Below, one piece after another: positions 20,210 through 33,093 of a stretch of DNA of 64,000 bases. This stretch comes from an uncultured Collinsella sp. (GTDB lineage: Bacteria > Actinomycetota > Coriobacteriia > Coriobacteriales > Coriobacteriaceae): positions 21,245-85,244 of the forward strand of contig CAAEDE010000037.1 in NCBI GenBank assembly GCA_900754525.1, in the 5' to 3' direction. The notes under the pieces are model-generated. The model was not told the origin of the DNA. It made no database searches and worked only from the letters and a program-made list of their open reading frames with translations. How positions within the stretch are numbered: the first letter of the stretch is position 1; each line of letters opens with the position of its first letter. Made by a program: the position numbers and the translations under genes.

Positions 20210-21549
20210 GACCGGTCGCCTCCAAACAGATCGGGGCGAGTGGCCAGATAGGCATCAAGGGCCTCAAGCGCACGGTCCGCATAGGCCTGGTAGCGGTCGC
20301 GCTTGCTGCGGCGCTTACCATCCTCGAGTGGCGGCACCAGGCCAAAGTTGACATGCATGGGCTGATAGCCCACGGTGGCAGGATCGGTCGCATAGCCCAC
20401 GAGCGCACCCAGGGCGCCCACACGCGGCAACTCGACGCCCGCGGCACCGATAGCCTCGGCATAGGTGTTGAGCGCGGCGAGCAGGCCCGTCGCCACGGCT
20501 TCCATGTACCCCTCGGTGCCGGTGATCTGACCGGCCAGGCGCACGCCGGTACCGGGCACGGCAAAGGTGCCATCGAGCACGTGCGGGGCGTCGACAAAGG
20601 TATTGCGGTGCATGACACCGTAGCGGAAGAACTCAGCGTTCTCCAGGCCCGGCACCATATGGAAGACGCGCTTCTGCTCGCCAAAGGTCAGGTTGGTCTG
20701 GAAGCCCACCAGGTTATAGGCGGTCTTCTCCTTGTTCTCGGCACGCAGCTGAATCGCCGCCCAGGGGCGACGTCCGGTACGCGGGTCGGTGAGGCCGACG
20801 GGCTTCATGGCGCCAAAGCGAATGGCGTCCTTGCCGGTGCGCGCAACTTCCTCGGCAGGCTGGCAGGCCTGGAACAGATCGCCGCCCTCAAAGTCTTTGA
20901 GCACCACGCGGTCGGCCGTGGTAAGCGCCTCGATAAAGGCCTCGTACTCCTCCTTATTGAGCGGAGCGTTGAGATAGTCGCCGCTCCCCTGCTCCTCGTA
21001 GCGCGACTGCGAGAACAGCACGTCCATATCGAGCGTGGAGGCATCGACGATCGGCGCCGCCGCATCAAAGAATGCCAGGGCATCGCCACCGACGAGCTTC
21101 ATGACCTCTTCGCTCAGCGCCGGTGAACACAGCGGGCCCGCGGCAATGACCACGTGACCCTCGGGAATCTGCGTGACCTCGCCGTGCACGACCTCTATAT
21201 TGGGACGGGCGGCAACCTCGGCCTCGACAAGCTCGGAAAACTTGACGCGGTCGACCGCCAAGGCACCACCGGCGGGAACAGCGGCGCGATGGGCGCAATC
21301 GAGCAGGACTGAACCCATGCGCTCAAGCTCGGCCTTCAGCAAACCAGCCGCGGAATCCGGACGGGTCGACTTAAACGAATTGGAGCAGACGAGCTCTGCC
21401 AGGTGATCGGTATGGTGAGCCGGAGAGCTCACCTGGGGGCGCATCTCGCACAGCTTTACGGCAAACCCGCGGTCTGCCAGCTGGATCGCGCATTCCGAAC
21501 CCGCCAGACCGCCACCGATAACCGTCACCTGATCGAACTGCATCTGCAA
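20206..21549 (-). CDS. trmFO: tRNA m5U54 methyltransferase TrmFO
   Basis: GGGLAGSE, ELVCSNS, GFQTNL, RYGVMHRNTF, AGQITGTEGY. Confidence 0.96.
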   Translation of the reverse strand: MQMQFDQVTVIGGGLAGSECAIQLADRGFAVKLCEMRPQVSSPAHHTDHLAELVCSNSFKSTRPDSAAGLLKAELERMGSVLLDCAHRAAVPAGGALAVDRVKFSELVEAEVAARPNIEVVHGEVTQIPEGHVVIAAGPLCSPALSEEVMKLVGGDALAFFDAAAPIVDASTLDMDVLFSQSRYEEQGSGDYLNAPLNKEEYEAFIEALTTADRVVLKDFEGGDLFQACQPAEEVARTGKDAIRFGAMKPVGLTDPRTGRRPWAAIQLRAENKEKTAYNLVGFQTNLTFGEQKRVFHMVPGLENAEFFRYGVMHRNTFVDAPHVLDGTFAVPGTGVRLAGQITGTEGYMEAVATGLLAALNTYAEAIGAAGVELPRVGALGALVGYATDPATVGYQPMHVNFGLVPPLEDGKRRSKRDRYQAYADRALEALDAYLATRPDLFGGDRS

Positions 21550-21557
21550 ACACCTTT

Positions 21558-22493
21558 CTAATTGACACGTTTTCCATTGTGACCGAAGGGCGTCTGGGCG
21601 TGAAGGGCAAACTTGGAGGGCGCATACCTTCCATCCATCATGCGCTCGATAAGGCCCTCGAGCTCAAGCGAACCCAAGAGTTTGAGTACGCCGACCGCAT
21701 CGAGCGAGACGAGCGCCGCAATGTCGTCGACCTTGAGCGGAGAGGCGATGAGCGCATGCATCACGGTCTGCTGTGTTGGATCCAGGTCGGCAATGCCGGG
21801 AGCCTCGGGGCGCGAGTAGCGCAGGGTACCGTAGATGCGTGAGATAGCCATCTCGATAGATTCCTCGTCGATGATGCAGCAGGCACCGTTCGCAATGAGG
21901 TAATTCGTGCCACGCGACTCGGGCGATAGGATCGACCCCGGCACGGCAAGAAGTTCGCGCCCCAAATCCATAGCAGCCTCGGCTGTAGAAAACGTCCCGG
22001 AAGGCATACCTGCCTCGGATACAAAGAGGGCTTGCGACAGGGCCGCGATCACGCGATTCCGGCGCGGAAAGGCAAACTTGCGCGGACCCATACCCCACGG
22101 AGAGATCGACACGACCGCGCCACCCGTATCGAGCGTGCGAGTAATAAGCCCCGCGCTCGAACGCGGGTAGACCACGTCGGCGCCCGTCCCCAGCACCACG
22201 ACGTGTTTGCCGCCGGCGTTGACCGCAGCCCAACCCGAGGCCTGGTCACAACCGACCGCGCCGCCCGAAACAACCGTCACTCCCGCCTCGACCGCCACCT
22301 TTGCCGCAAGCTCTGCCACGGCAAGACCATACGGCGAGGCCTTTCGCGCGCCGATGATGGAGAGCGCGGGCGTCGAAAGCGCCTCGGGGTTGCCGCGCAC
22401 ATAGAGCGTCTGAGGTACATCAGAAAGCTCCAAAACGGTCTCGGGATACAACGCGTCACCTGGATGCAGCTCGAAGGTCCCCTCGGCCATCAT
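21558..22493 (-). CDS. dprA: DNA-processing protein DprA
   Basis: IIGARKASPYG, VSGGAVGCD, FPRRNRVIAALS, C-terminal wHTH. Confidence 0.95.
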   Translation of the reverse strand: MMAEGTFELHPGDALYPETVLELSDVPQTLYVRGNPEALSTPALSIIGARKASPYGLAVAELAAKVAVEAGVTVVSGGAVGCDQASGWAAVNAGGKHVVVLGTGADVVYPRSSAGLITRTLDTGGAVVSISPWGMGPRKFAFPRRNRVIAALSQALFVSEAGMPSGTFSTAEAAMDLGRELLAVPGSILSPESRGTNYLIANGACCIIDEESIEMAISRIYGTLRYSRPEAPGIADLDPTQQTVMHALIASPLKVDDIAALVSLDAVGVLKLLGSLELEGLIERMMDGRYAPSKFALHAQTPFGHNGKRVN

Positions 22494-24013
22494 TGGTCCC
22501 TCCTTCCCTGGTACATCGCCGCCTCGAGCACGTGGTCCTGCGTCACCTGCTCGCTCTCGGCGACGTCGGCGATTGTACGCGCGATACGCACCAGACGCAC
22601 GATGCCGCGACCCGTAAGATGTGTGCGTTTGGACAGGCCGAGTACGCATTTCTCGGCAGCATCATCGAGCTCAAAGGTCGAAACGACGCCGTCAATGGAC
22701 CGCGTCTCGTCATCCTCGGCCTCGGCATCCGCATCGTCCATACGAGACTCGCGCCAGGCGCGAAAGGCGCGACCGCGCACAACGTAGTCACGTAACTCGG
22801 CCGACGACATACCCTCCGCGCCCTCGATAATCACCTGGGGGTCGGGACGGGTTACATCGATCATCATGTCGATACGATCGGCCAAAGGACCGCGCAGCTT
22901 AGCCCGATAGCGCTCCACCATCGATGCCGAGCAGCGGCATGGCACCTCACGGTCGCCCAAAAAGCCGCAGGGGCAGGGATTGCTTGCAGCGAGCAGCTGA
23001 AAGCGCGACGGGAAGGTAAAGGCCCCGTCGACGCGTACGATCCTCACATAGCCGCGTTCGATGGGCTGACGCAGCGACTGCAGCACACCCGTGGGAAACT
23101 CGGCAAGCTCGTCCAAAAAGAGCACGCCGCCATGAGCCAGGCTGATCTCACCCGGATGCACCGGGCGCCCGCCGCCGATAAGGCCTGCGGTCGAAATACT
23201 GTGGTGGGGACTGCGGAAGGGCCGGTGCCCCGCCAACAAGCCATCAATGTTCTCACCCAAAACCGAATGGATGCACAACGCCTCCTGCTGATCCTCAACG
23301 GAAAGCTCAGGCAGGATGCCGGTCATACGGCGCGCAAGCATCGTCTTGCCCGATCCCGGGGACCCGATCATAAGTAAACCGAGCTCACCCGCTGCCGCCA
23401 GTGCCATGCCGCGTTTGGCAACTTCCTGCCCCAGTACGTCGGCATAGTCGAGCTCGGGCTCAAAGGTCGCCTCGACGCCCTCAGAATCCAAGTAGTGTCG
23501 CGCGGCATCGCCCATACCATGAGCAAGCTGAGACAAATGATCGATGAATCCGCAATCCACGCCCGCGAGTGGCACATGCTGGTCTGATCTGCCGGCGATA
23601 AAAGACAGCCCCATGTCGCGAGCCAGCAGCTGAAACGCCACCTCGCCCTTGACGGGAAGCACCGTGCCGTCCAGACCGAGCTCGCCGGCAATGAGGCAGC
23701 GGTCGAGGTTGTTGCGGGGAATCTGACCATCGGCCGCCAGAACCGCGATGGCGATGGGCAGATCAAAGCCGCTACCGGTCTTGCGAATATCGCCGGGCGC
23801 CAGATTGACCGTAATGCCCGAGCGTGGGATCTCGAACCCGGCGGAGCGCATCGCACAGCGAATACGACCACGTGACTCCATCACCTCCATACTCGGGATG
23901 CCGAGCATCTGAATGCCCGGAACGCCGCCAGCAAGCGAAACCTCGACCGTGACGTGAATCGCCTCGACGCCGCGGATGCAGGCCGCGTGAACGGCAAACG
24001 TCTCGAACGCCAT
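22490..24013 (-). CDS. comM: YifB/ComM Mg-chelatase-like AAA+ ATPase
   Basis: VNLAPGDIRKTGSGFDLPIA, GSPGSGKT, FRSPHH, GGVLFLDE, NPCPCG. Confidence 0.93.
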   Translation of the reverse strand: MAFETFAVHAACIRGVEAIHVTVEVSLAGGVPGIQMLGIPSMEVMESRGRIRCAMRSAGFEIPRSGITVNLAPGDIRKTGSGFDLPIAIAVLAADGQIPRNNLDRCLIAGELGLDGTVLPVKGEVAFQLLARDMGLSFIAGRSDQHVPLAGVDCGFIDHLSQLAHGMGDAARHYLDSEGVEATFEPELDYADVLGQEVAKRGMALAAAGELGLLMIGSPGSGKTMLARRMTGILPELSVEDQQEALCIHSVLGENIDGLLAGHRPFRSPHHSISTAGLIGGGRPVHPGEISLAHGGVLFLDELAEFPTGVLQSLRQPIERGYVRIVRVDGAFTFPSRFQLLAASNPCPCGFLGDREVPCRCSASMVERYRAKLRGPLADRIDMMIDVTRPDPQVIIEGAEGMSSAELRDYVVRGRAFRAWRESRMDDADAEAEDDETRSIDGVVSTFELDDAAEKCVLGLSKRTHLTGRGIVRLVRIARTIADVAESEQVTQDHVLEAAMYQGRRDQ

Positions 24014-24498
24014 CACGACACCTGCCAATCGAACGCGTTGTACTGATGCTCGATCTCGGCGATATGCCCGCCGCGAATGGTGACACCCACGGCATCGAAG
24101 CGAATCGCCTTGAGCGGATAATGCTCCATGAGATAGCAACTTGCGATGCGGCGGTAGCGGCGTTGCTTTTGGGCGTCCACGGCCTCCTCGGGAAAGACCC
24201 GCGTGGTGCAATCCAGGGCGACGCGTCTGGTCTTGACCTCGGCCATCACCACGACATCGTCGAGCTCATCGAGCAGCACCAGATCGGCCTCGCCCTCGGT
24301 GCAACGATAACCCTGTTCCAGCAAGGTGTAGCCGCGCTCGTTAAAGTAGTCGATGGTGATCAGCTCGCCCAGCATACCCAGCTCGCGGGGGCTGAGCCCC
24401 TTGATAAACTCGGGCGTCATCGCCCCGCAGTCGAGCTCACCGTTTTCCCAACGCTCCTTGAGCTGCTGTGTCTTGCTCTTTTTGCTTGCGGCACTCAT
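24013..24498 (-). CDS. yraN: YraN family (UPF0102) nuclease
   Basis: GEADLV...AEVKTR, IRFDAVGV; upstream of comM. Confidence 0.9.
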   Translation of the reverse strand: MSAASKKSKTQQLKERWENGELDCGAMTPEFIKGLSPRELGMLGELITIDYFNERGYTLLEQGYRCTEGEADLVLLDELDDVVVMAEVKTRRVALDCTTRVFPEEAVDAQKQRRYRRIASCYLMEHYPLKAIRFDAVGVTIRGGHIAEIEHQYNAFDWQVS

Positions 24499-24596
24499 GG
24501 GGTCTCCTTTCCCGCACACTGCAGTGCCCCGATGATGAGGGCACCTTTCATGCGGGTAAGTACTGGAAGCTAACCAAAAGCTGACCAAATACCGTC

Positions 24597-24638
24597 AAAA
24601 AACGGGCCGTACGCAGCAATGTTGTTGCATACGGCCCG
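24597..24638 (-). terminator. Intrinsic terminator after rnhB
   Basis: cgggccgta...tacggcccg stem with A6 on the left. Confidence 0.7.
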
Positions 24639-24687
24639 CTACCAGCAGGTTTATAAAACCCTAGGGGTCCCTGTCTCCACAATTGAC

Positions 24688-25476
24688 CTAGAAAAGGCGC
24701 TCAGTCTGCAGAAAGTTTCCGCAAAAGCTCACGCGGTGCAGAGGACAAAGTCCATGTTTGCGAATGGCCTCGATATGCTCGGGGCTCGCATAGCCCTTCG
24801 ACTCGGCCAGATGGTACTCGGGATACTCGGCGTCGTACTCGGCCATCATCTCGTCACGCGTCACCTTAGCCATGATGGACGCCGCGGCGATACAGGCGAT
24901 TTTGGCATCGCCCTTCACCACGTCGCGCTCGTTGGGAACGGCACCCAAAGGATTACCGTCCATGAGGACGCAGTCGGGTTCAAGCCCCGTATCGGCCACG
25001 GCACCCGCAACGGCGGTACGGATAGCGCGGGCCATACCCATCTCATCGATATCCTTCGGCGCGATATGGCAAAAACCGATCGCCGTCGCCACCTCGGAAA
25101 TCTTCACAGAGAGCAACTCGCGGCGCGCGGGCGTGAGCTTTTTGGAATCGTTGATACCCCAGACGCGCGGCTCCATAGGAAGACAGACGGCGCATACCGT
25201 CAAAGGACCGGCCACCGATCCGCGACCCACCTCGTCGACACCAACGACCACCCCATCGCCGCCAAGCTCATGCATAAGCTCATACATGTCATTGACGCGC
25301 TCGCGCTCGGCAAGCTCTTTGGCATGGCGTTTGAGGGCGCGTTCGCAAGCCTTGATCACCTGCTGGCGCGGGTCCTCGCGATAATGCTCCACGAGGGCGG
25401 GAATCTCCTCAAACGTAGCGCTCGCCAACTCACCGGCAACCTGCGATGCCGAAACCGAGCTCGTCATGTTGGCCAT
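24688..25476 (-). CDS. rnhB: Ribonuclease HII
   Basis: GVDEVGRG, INDSKKL, VKGDA, AAASIMAKVTRD. Confidence 0.96.
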   Translation of the reverse strand: MANMTSSVSASQVAGELASATFEEIPALVEHYREDPRQQVIKACERALKRHAKELAERERVNDMYELMHELGGDGVVVGVDEVGRGSVAGPLTVCAVCLPMEPRVWGINDSKKLTPARRELLSVKISEVATAIGFCHIAPKDIDEMGMARAIRTAVAGAVADTGLEPDCVLMDGNPLGAVPNERDVVKGDAKIACIAAASIMAKVTRDEMMAEYDAEYPEYHLAESKGYASPEHIEAIRKHGLCPLHRVSFCGNFLQTERLF

Positions 25477-25505
25477 ACCAGGCCCTCCTTGCATGCAAAT
25501 CAGAT

Positions 25506-25535
25506 AAAAAGAAGGGCCACCCGAAGGTGACCCTT
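25506..25535 (-). terminator. Intrinsic terminator after rplS
   Basis: aagggccacc-cgaa-ggtgaccctt (UUCG loop on minus) plus U tract. Confidence 0.85.
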
Positions 25536-25569
25536 GTGTCCAAACGAGTGGACAGACGCTGCGATCTTC

Positions 25570-25911
25570 TTAGCGCTTCTCGGGGATGCGAGCAGCCTTG
25601 CCCACCTTGTCGCGGAGGTAGTACAGCTTGGCGCGACGGACGCGACCATGACGAACGACCTCGAGCTTGGCGATCTTGGGGCTGTGAAGCGGGAAGGTAC
25701 GCTCAACACCGACACCGAAGGACATCTTGCGGACGGTGAAGGTCTCGCGGGCACCGGCGCCGGCCATGCGGATGACGTCGCCCTGGAAGACCTGGATGCG
25801 CTCGCGGTCGCCTTCCTTAATGCGGTAGTGAACCTTGACGTTGTCGGCGACGCGAACCTGAGGAATGTCCTCGCGGATCTGCTGACGCTCGATTGCGCGG
25901 ATGTAATCCAT
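25570..25911 (-). CDS. rplS: 50S ribosomal protein L19
   Basis: [32 protein letters not shown]. Confidence 0.98.
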   Translation of the reverse strand: MDYIRAIERQQIREDIPQVRVADNVKVHYRIKEGDRERIQVFQGDVIRMAGAGARETFTVRKMSFGVGVERTFPLHSPKIAKLEVVRHGRVRRAKLYYLRDKVGKAARIPEKR

Positions 25912-26120
25912 GTGCAATTCCTTACTCTTCTAGAGGTGCCGTACCAATCTGGCCGGCACGTAGTTGAACAAACGTATTCGAGTATACACGCGCGGGTTTC
26001 TGCTGCAAGAACAATTTTTTACGCAGACAAAAAGACAAAACCCGCACATGATAACCGTCCGCCTCACGAATGAGACGGACGGCATGAGGGGGGCTACGTT
26101 AGGCGTCTGAACCCAAAACG

Positions 26121-28871
<2,751 letters not shown>

Positions 28872-28993
28872 GATACTTCCCCTTCCATGCGCTTACGCGC
28901 ACGACCGTGGTAACGGATCGACCCGCCGGATGCGGGCCGTGAGGGTACTATACGGCGGGCATTGAGCGGGCTTGCGCAGAGGGCGCGGGGGTT

Positions 28994-29040
28994 GGTAAAC
29001 GTGGTAAATATGGCGGTAAACGGTAGGTAAAGGTGGTTAC
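28994..29040. repeat. Five GGTAAA-like direct repeats upstream of ppdK
   Basis: Units at 28994, 29003, 29015, 29026 and 29035 (last is GGTTAC). Confidence 0.7.
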
Positions 29041-29086
29041 CTTATGAAGATACCACTACAATAAAAAAGCAGGTCAGATGCGATGT

Positions 29087-29110
29087 TTTTGCTAAATCGC
29101 TTTATCAAAA
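29087..29110. promoter_or_regulatory. 24-bp palindromic operator (LacI-like) upstream of ppdK
   Basis: TTTTGCTAAATCGCTTTATCAAAA, central CG. Confidence 0.55.
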
Positions 29111-29121
29111 TGCTACTAATA

Positions 29122-29988
29122 TTAGGCGCGGCGGGTGGCTCGGCGGGCGCGAGCTTCTTGGATTTCCTCCAAGTGGCTAATGATCTCGGCAGCGCTTTCC
29201 TCGATGGCCTTGCCGTCGGTACGCACCACAAAGCAGCCTAGGCGCTTCATGAGGGCACGAGCTTCCTCGAGCTCGCTGCGCACGCTCTCGGGCTCGGCAT
29301 AGGAGCCGGCAACGGCACGGGCGTAGTCATCGCCCAAGCGGCTATCGCGAATTTCGGAAATCACATCGACGGTCGAAATCAGGCCGAACAGGCGCATCGG
29401 GTCAACCTCGTAAATCGACTTGGGCGGCTCCATGCCATGGGCCAAAGGAACATTGGCAACCTTATAACCCTGATAGGCCAAAAACATCGACAGCGGCGTC
29501 TTGGACGTACGGGATACGCCCAGCAGCACGATATCGGCACCCGACAGATCGTCGCAGCCGCGCCCATCATCGTGCTCAACGAAATACTCCATGGCCTCGA
29601 TGCGATGGAAATAGCGTTCATCGGTCTTGTGAATCACACCCGCAACGCCCTTGGGCGGCACGCCGACGAGCGACGACAGCACGGCGAGCGTCGGACCGAT
29701 CAGGTCGACCGAGCGAATGTGCAGCATGCCCAAGTAGTCGAGCACACGAGCACGAAGGGCCGGGTCGACAATGGTGTGGAACACGGCGATATCGCGATGG
29801 TCGGCATCGACGCGCGGCCCCACAAACGACTTGACCTGCTCAACCGAGGTCACCTTGGGCAGGCGCAAGAGATGAAAAGCCCCTTCATCAAATTGCCCGG
29901 ACGCCGCAAGCACCACCTCACAAGCGGTATCACCGAGCGAGTCGGAGATAACGATAACGGTGGGATGAGCGGTGACCGGGCAATCCAT
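29122..29988 (-). CDS. PPDK/PEP synthase regulatory kinase-pyrophosphorylase (DUF299)
   Basis: SDSLGDTA, HDDG, GVSRTSKTPLS, ANVPL; adjacent to ppdK. Confidence 0.95.
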   Translation of the reverse strand: MDCPVTAHPTVIVISDSLGDTACEVVLAASGQFDEGAFHLLRLPKVTSVEQVKSFVGPRVDADHRDIAVFHTIVDPALRARVLDYLGMLHIRSVDLIGPTLAVLSSLVGVPPKGVAGVIHKTDERYFHRIEAMEYFVEHDDGRGCDDLSGADIVLLGVSRTSKTPLSMFLAYQGYKVANVPLAHGMEPPKSIYEVDPMRLFGLISTVDVISEIRDSRLGDDYARAVAGSYAEPESVRSELEEARALMKRLGCFVVRTDGKAIEESAAEIISHLEEIQEARARRATRRA

Positions 29989-30022
29989 GCGGGGCTCCTT
30001 TTGCGCTTATGCGCAGGCTAGC

Positions 30023-32119
30023 TTACTTTTTGCGGGCAAGCTCACCGATGTTGGCGATGCCGGAGAAAACGGCCTCGAAGCGGTTGAGCAGCTTAAGGCG
30101 ATTATCGCGGAGCTGCTCGTCCTTGTCCATGACCATAACCTCGTCGAAGAAGCGGTCGATGGGGGCACGCAGGGCGGCAAGGGCGGAAAATGCGGCCGGG
30201 TAATCCTCGGCAGCAAGGGCGGCATCGACAGCGGTCTGAGCGGCCTCGGAGGCGTCGGCGAGCGCGAGCTCGGCCTCGCCCATCAGGCTGCGGTCGTACT
30301 CCGCACCCAGTTCGGGCTTGGAGATGTGCGCAGCGCGGGCATAGGCGGTCGCCAGGTTATCGAACGTCTCAGCGTCGTTCTTGCGAGCCTCGTCGAGGGC
30401 GGCGCAGCGGGCGAAGAAGACGGACGGGGCGATGATGTGCACCGCGGAGACAGCGGCAACGGTATCGGTCGGGATCTTTTCGTCGCGGGCCATGCTCACA
30501 AGGCGGCCATGGAAGAAGTCGCGAACCTGTTGCGCGACCTCGGCGGCATCGAACTCAATGCCCTGCTCACTGTAGAGCTCGAGGGCGAAGTCGATGAGCG
30601 ACGTGGGGTCGATCGGCAGGCGGTCGCGCAGGATGTTGATGATGCCGATAGCGGCACGACGCAGCGCGTAGGGGTCCGAAGAGCCGGTCGGGCGCTCGCC
30701 GATGGAAAAGATACCGGCGATGGTATCGAGCTTGTCGGCGCAGGCCACGATGCAGCCAGCGGTGCCCTCGGGCAGCTCGTCACCCGCAAAGCGGGGACGA
30801 TAGTGATCGCGAATAGCATGGGCGACCTCGTCGTTCTCCCCCATCGCGGTCGCGTAATAACCGCCCATCACGCCCTGCTGGCTCGTGAACTCGACGACGG
30901 CGTTGGACACCAGGTCAGCCTTGCACAGGTGCGCGGCGCGAGCAGCGTCGGCGGCAAGATGGGCGCCCAGGTGAGCCTCGCGGGCGATAGCGAGCGCGAG
31001 CTGCTCGATGCGCTCGGACTTGGCGAGCACGCTACCGAGCTTCTCCTGGAAGGCAACCTTGGCCAGACGCTCACGGAACTCGTCGAGGGAGATCTTCAGG
31101 TCCTCCTCGTAGAAGAACTTTGCGTCGTCCAGACGGGCGCGCACGACGCGCTCGTTGCCGTCGATCACGCGCTCGGCATTCTCGGGCTTGCTGTTGGAAA
31201 CGACCACGAACTCACGCGTGAGCTTGCCCTCGCCGTCATAGATCGGGAAGTAGCGCTGGTTGGTGAGCATGGACTCGCAGATAATCTCGTGCGGGACCTT
31301 GAGGAACTCATCATCGAAGGTACCGACGAGCACCGTCGGCCACTCACAGAGGTTGATAACCTCCTCGAAGACCTTCTTAGGCGTATCGACATGGCAGCCG
31401 GGGCGAGCGGCCTCGACCTCGGCGATACCGGCGAGGATGGCCTCGCGACGGCGCTCGGCAGAGAGCACGCCGGCGTCCTCGAGCACCTGCTCGTAGGCGG
31501 CGGGGCTGGCAACCACATGGTCACCGGGGCCAAGCACGCGATGGCCGCGCGTGGTGTTGCCGCTCGTCACGTCAGCAAACGACACGGGCACAACATCCTC
31601 GCCCAGAAGGCAACAAATCCAGCGGACCGGACGCACGAACGTGGCGTGCTCATGGCCCCAGCGCTGACTACGATAGTTGGGCCACTGCAGGCCGGCGATG
31701 GTCTTCTCGCACAGAGCGGTCAGAATAGGCGTAGCCGGTGCGGAGGGAATGTTCTTCTCGGCAAAGACGTACTCACGACCGTCAGTGTCCTCGCGACGGA
31801 CCAGGTCCTCGGCAGCCACACCGCACTTGCGGGCGAAGCCCTGGGCGGCCTTGGTGGCGTTACCGTCAGCGTCGAAGGCAATGTTTGCCGCGGGACCGCG
31901 CTTGACCTCATGGACCTCATCGGTCGCAGTGGCGACATCGGCCACGAGCGCAGCCAGACGACGCGGGCTCGAGATCACGCGGACCTCGCCATGGGCCAGA
32001 CCGGCCTCGTCGAGACCCTTGGCGATCATGGTGCCAAGCTGCTTGACGGCATTGTTCAACGGTGCGGAGGGCATTTCCTCCGTACCAATCTCAAACAGGA
32101 AATCCTTAGCGTCTGCCAT
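30023..32119 (-). CDS. glyS: Glycine--tRNA ligase beta subunit
   Basis: FEIGTEEMP, FVRPVRW, GNERVVRARL, PTGSSDPYALRR. Confidence 0.97.
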   Translation of the reverse strand: MADAKDFLFEIGTEEMPSAPLNNAVKQLGTMIAKGLDEAGLAHGEVRVISSPRRLAALVADVATATDEVHEVKRGPAANIAFDADGNATKAAQGFARKCGVAAEDLVRREDTDGREYVFAEKNIPSAPATPILTALCEKTIAGLQWPNYRSQRWGHEHATFVRPVRWICCLLGEDVVPVSFADVTSGNTTRGHRVLGPGDHVVASPAAYEQVLEDAGVLSAERRREAILAGIAEVEAARPGCHVDTPKKVFEEVINLCEWPTVLVGTFDDEFLKVPHEIICESMLTNQRYFPIYDGEGKLTREFVVVSNSKPENAERVIDGNERVVRARLDDAKFFYEEDLKISLDEFRERLAKVAFQEKLGSVLAKSERIEQLALAIAREAHLGAHLAADAARAAHLCKADLVSNAVVEFTSQQGVMGGYYATAMGENDEVAHAIRDHYRPRFAGDELPEGTAGCIVACADKLDTIAGIFSIGERPTGSSDPYALRRAAIGIINILRDRLPIDPTSLIDFALELYSEQGIEFDAAEVAQQVRDFFHGRLVSMARDEKIPTDTVAAVSAVHIIAPSVFFARCAALDEARKNDAETFDNLATAYARAAHISKPELGAEYDRSLMGEAELALADASEAAQTAVDAALAAEDYPAAFSALAALRAPIDRFFDEVMVMDKDEQLRDNRLKLLNRFEAVFSGIANIGELARKK

Positions 32120-32122
32120 GGC

Positions 32123-33034
32123 TTACGCCACCTCGCCTTCCTGGTCGGCATTCTCGTTGACTCCGGCGACCTCGGCCATGTAGGCCTCGCAGCACGCCTT
32201 GGCGACGGCGCGGACGCGCAGGATGTAGTTGGCACGCTCGACCGCGGATAGGGCACCGCGGGCATCGAGCAGGTTGAAGGCGTGGCTGCACTTCATGACA
32301 CAGTCGTACGCCGGCAGCGGCAGCTTTCGCTCCAGGCAGGAATGGCACTCGGCCTCGTAGTCGTCAAACTTCTGACGCATCATCTCGACGTTGGCGACCT
32401 CAAAGTTATAGGCACTGAACTCGCGCTCGTTCTCGAGGAACACGTCGCCATAGGTCATAGGCGTGCCGTCGGGCAAGTAGCTCCACACCAGGTCGTAGAC
32501 GGAGTTGACGCCCTGCGCATACATGGCAATGCGCTCCAGGCCATAGGTGATCTCGACAGGCACGGGGTCGACCTCGATGCCGCCCACCTGCTGGAAGTAC
32601 GTAAACTGCGTGACCTCCATGCCGTTGAGCCAGACCTCCCAGCCAAGACCCCAGGCGCCGAGCGTCGGGCTCTCCCAGTCGTCCTCGACAAAGCGGACGT
32701 CATGCTCGTTGGGGTCCAGACCAATGGCGGCCAGCGAACCCAGGTAGAGCTCCTGGGCGTTGACCGGCGAGGGCTTGATGAGCACCTGGAACTGATAGTA
32801 GTGCTGCATGCGGTTGGGGTTCTCGCCGTAGCGGCCGTCGGCGGGACGGCGGCAAGGCTGCGCATAGCAGGTGCGCCACTCGGCGGGACCGAGCGAGCGC
32901 AGCGTGGTCGCGGTATGGAAGGTACCGGCACCGACCTCGGAGTCATAGGGCTGCATAATGACGCAGCCCTGCTCGCCCCAGTACTGCTGGAGGCGCAGGA
33001 TGATGTCTTGGAAGGAAAGCGATGAAGCGTTCAT
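32123..33034 (-). CDS. glyQ: Glycine--tRNA ligase alpha subunit
   Basis: [39 protein letters not shown]. Confidence 0.98.
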   Translation of the reverse strand: MNASSLSFQDIILRLQQYWGEQGCVIMQPYDSEVGAGTFHTATTLRSLGPAEWRTCYAQPCRRPADGRYGENPNRMQHYYQFQVLIKPSPVNAQELYLGSLAAIGLDPNEHDVRFVEDDWESPTLGAWGLGWEVWLNGMEVTQFTYFQQVGGIEVDPVPVEITYGLERIAMYAQGVNSVYDLVWSYLPDGTPMTYGDVFLENEREFSAYNFEVANVEMMRQKFDDYEAECHSCLERKLPLPAYDCVMKCSHAFNLLDARGALSAVERANYILRVRAVAKACCEAYMAEVAGVNENADQEGEVA

Positions 33035-33093
33035 GCCTCTAATATCCCCTCGTCGAAACGATTACACGGTTAGCTACTGTACTATAGCGGTTT

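Noticed and set aside
25936..25959. Hairpin upstream of rplS as a novel RNA
   Set aside because: Most simply an ordinary ribosomal-protein leader; too short to support more.
33035..33093. T-box upstream of glyQS
   Set aside because: Only about 60 nt of intergenic space and no T-box consensus.
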